A stretch of 64,000 nt of DNA, taken from assembly GCF_018143015.1 (NCBI RefSeq), contig NC_054742.1, forward strand, positions 16,054,441 to 16,118,440, read 5' to 3'. This document shows positions 62,200 to 64,000 of the stretch, piece by piece; position 1 is the first letter of the stretch, and the number at the start of each line of letters is the position of its first letter. A model generated the notes under the pieces. That model was not told the DNA's origin, made no database searches, and worked only from the letters and a program-made list of their open reading frames with translations. The stretch comes from Lytechinus variegatus (lineage: Eukaryota). The position numbers and the translations under genes were made by a program.

Positions 62200-62660
62200 G
62201 GCCTCCATGATAATCAAATAAGCGAGTTCGTAGTTCCTTTCTGCGCATGATCAAAAGATTCTACGCATGATCAGGGGAAGGTCATTTGTACTAAAGTGAT
62301 ATGGTGGTTTAATGTCTCATGAGATAAGCACCAACTTTGATGTCTTGATTATTCATATATTCTGTTGAATTGTGGTTTTCATTTACATCCACAAAAAACA
62401 ACAATGCGTCCACGAACAAATGGTATTTCACAGTTTGCCAAGTACATTGTGCAACATGCTATGATATGCATTCAAAGTAGGAATGCAACAAATACCTTCA
62501 TAAAGTGTTCATTGGTGTGCTATTCTAGTCACCTGGTCTATTCAATTTCTTCATCCTGCTATGTAAGGCAAGCTTACGTAATATCTTGCTTTGAAATCTG
62601 CCTATCATAATGAAAGAAATGAAAGGTCATTTGAACAAAATTGTCCATGAAGTAACTACG
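62200..62660. mobile_element. Partial copy, in reverse orientation, of the internal part of the 27541-28517 element, including the 81-aa repeat ORF at 62365..62610
   Basis: 62221-62660 is the reverse complement of about 27760-28200 at roughly 90% identity. The GAACTACGAAC internal inverted repeat is shared. Confidence 0.65.
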
Positions 62661-64000
62661 AACTGGTCCATTCATAAACTTCAATGGATCAAAAACTCAA
62701 CAGTGAGAATATAACACGTATACTACAAAAATTACACCTGCTTCCTATAAAATCTTGTATTCAATACGGGATATTACTTCTAACTTACCAATGCTTACAA
62801 TATTATTCACTATCTTATCTTAACACGATGGCTATCATGGCTGAGGCTATCATGGCTACCATGGCTATCAAAACTGAAATACTGAAAGTGGATATTGTTA
62901 TAGAGGGGAAAACGGTGGGACATGTCTACAGTTTTGTATATTTGGGCCAGCAAATAACTGGGGATGGCAAAAGTGAAGTAGAAATCAGGATAAAGATATG
63001 CCTAGCAAAGAACTCTTTCACAAAACTTAACAGACTACATATATCTCATTAATAGACTAGCTTAGCTGGGGTAATAAAGGAGCACTTTCAGCACCTAACA
63101 AGGTGGAAATGTGGAATATACAAATACCCTTTACTATTTTCAATCTTACTACAGCAAAGGAGAGCAAGTGAACTCTGCACTTAATAGTAACTGACATATC
63201 TTAGCAAAAGTTTTTGACTCCTCGGCGAATTATATGAATGATCAATCATCCTACTTATAGATACACTAAGGTAATTCATTATATATCAGCATCATTAAAA
63301 ATGAGGATATATCACCTTTGTTCCCCCTTGATTCCTTTTACGAAGTACATGAGCATTAATATTTATAAAACTTTGATGCAAAACATACACTGGGATCAGG
63401 GCAGCTTATACACATCAATCAACATCTGGTTTCTCTTATGATAATGTGAATGCATATTATTTAAACAGATTCGAAGTTAAAATTCATCTCTACCTGTATA
63501 TCAAGTAATCTAAATGCAATAGTTATACAAGTAATGCACGATGTACTAATGAAAGAGTTCTACAACAATTCTAATATATCAGCACTGTTTCAAAGGAAAC
63601 AAAGGGTGAGTATTATACAAATGCTCAACAAGATGACATATGTTTTAAGGCGACCGAACACCTTACGATTGGTCTACGACTCCATTTTGGAATAAAACGT
63701 ATTAGAATTTGATACTAATCTTGAGACTTGGAATATCTTACTGTGTATTGTTTGAAATCATCGTACAAATACCTCTGTTAAAATCTGTGACTATGCTATC
63801 ATCCTTCTTAGAATAAAAGCAAATTTAATATCTAGTCGTAATGACGTCATAGCAGTCGTACGATTGGCTACGATTTGAAACTAATTTGGCCTTTACTCCA
63901 AAATAAAGGCTTGCAATCTTTCAAAATGGTTATATTAGTATTCTTTCAATAAATTTCAACCTCAAATAAAATGATATGTTCCATTCACATTTTCAGAAAA

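Overview
This window is eukaryotic (invertebrate-metazoan-like), AT-rich, repeat-dense nuclear DNA, not a prokaryotic locus. One large multi-exon gene dominates it, reading on the minus strand from at least 42.6 kb down to a stop codon at 19.8 kb. From its translated exons I identify it as an orthologue of PARP4 (vault poly-ADP-ribose polymerase). The domain order is BRCT-like, then the helical PARP regulatory domain, the PARP catalytic domain, a VIT domain, a vWA domain and a C-terminal MVP-interaction-like tail. Recurring motifs include ELIPHK, LLFHASKACNFLGILSRG, GSGIYFGD, DDEYVVYQ, FPLDERAAVCGFDAYINGK...GHGAYLMEEEAA.NVFTITVGNLPPG, VVIMLDRSTSM and LMKDDPEI. The assignment rests on my recalled human PARP4 sequence and needs a BLASTP check. 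I reconstructed 28 exons with GT-AG boundaries and mutually consistent intron phases. One is a single 1.77-kb exon encoding a lineage-specific Ser/Pro/Met-rich tandem-repeat expansion with a 12-aa EARRxPSPVMM-type unit. One catalytic-domain exon shows an apparent +1 frameshift. The rest is transposable elements and satellites. There are two copies of an RTE/CR1-like LINE reverse transcriptase and two tRNA-derived SINE copies. There is a Tc1/mariner-like MITE family (TA TSD) and a 988-bp Tc1-like element. A family of hAT-like non-autonomous elements has 8-bp TSDs and GGGGGGCACGTGCCCCCC hairpin termini and carries internal minisatellite arrays. A 1.8-kb TIR element holds two internal satellite arrays. 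Foldback elements lie inside PARP4 introns. The satellites comprise a ~190-bp satellite with an orientation switch and a 160-bp satellite dense in AGGTCA-type half-sites. A perfect (TAG)n microsatellite of about 55 units and several long palindromes are also present. No rRNA, no intact tRNA, no CRISPR array and no prokaryote-style operon are present.
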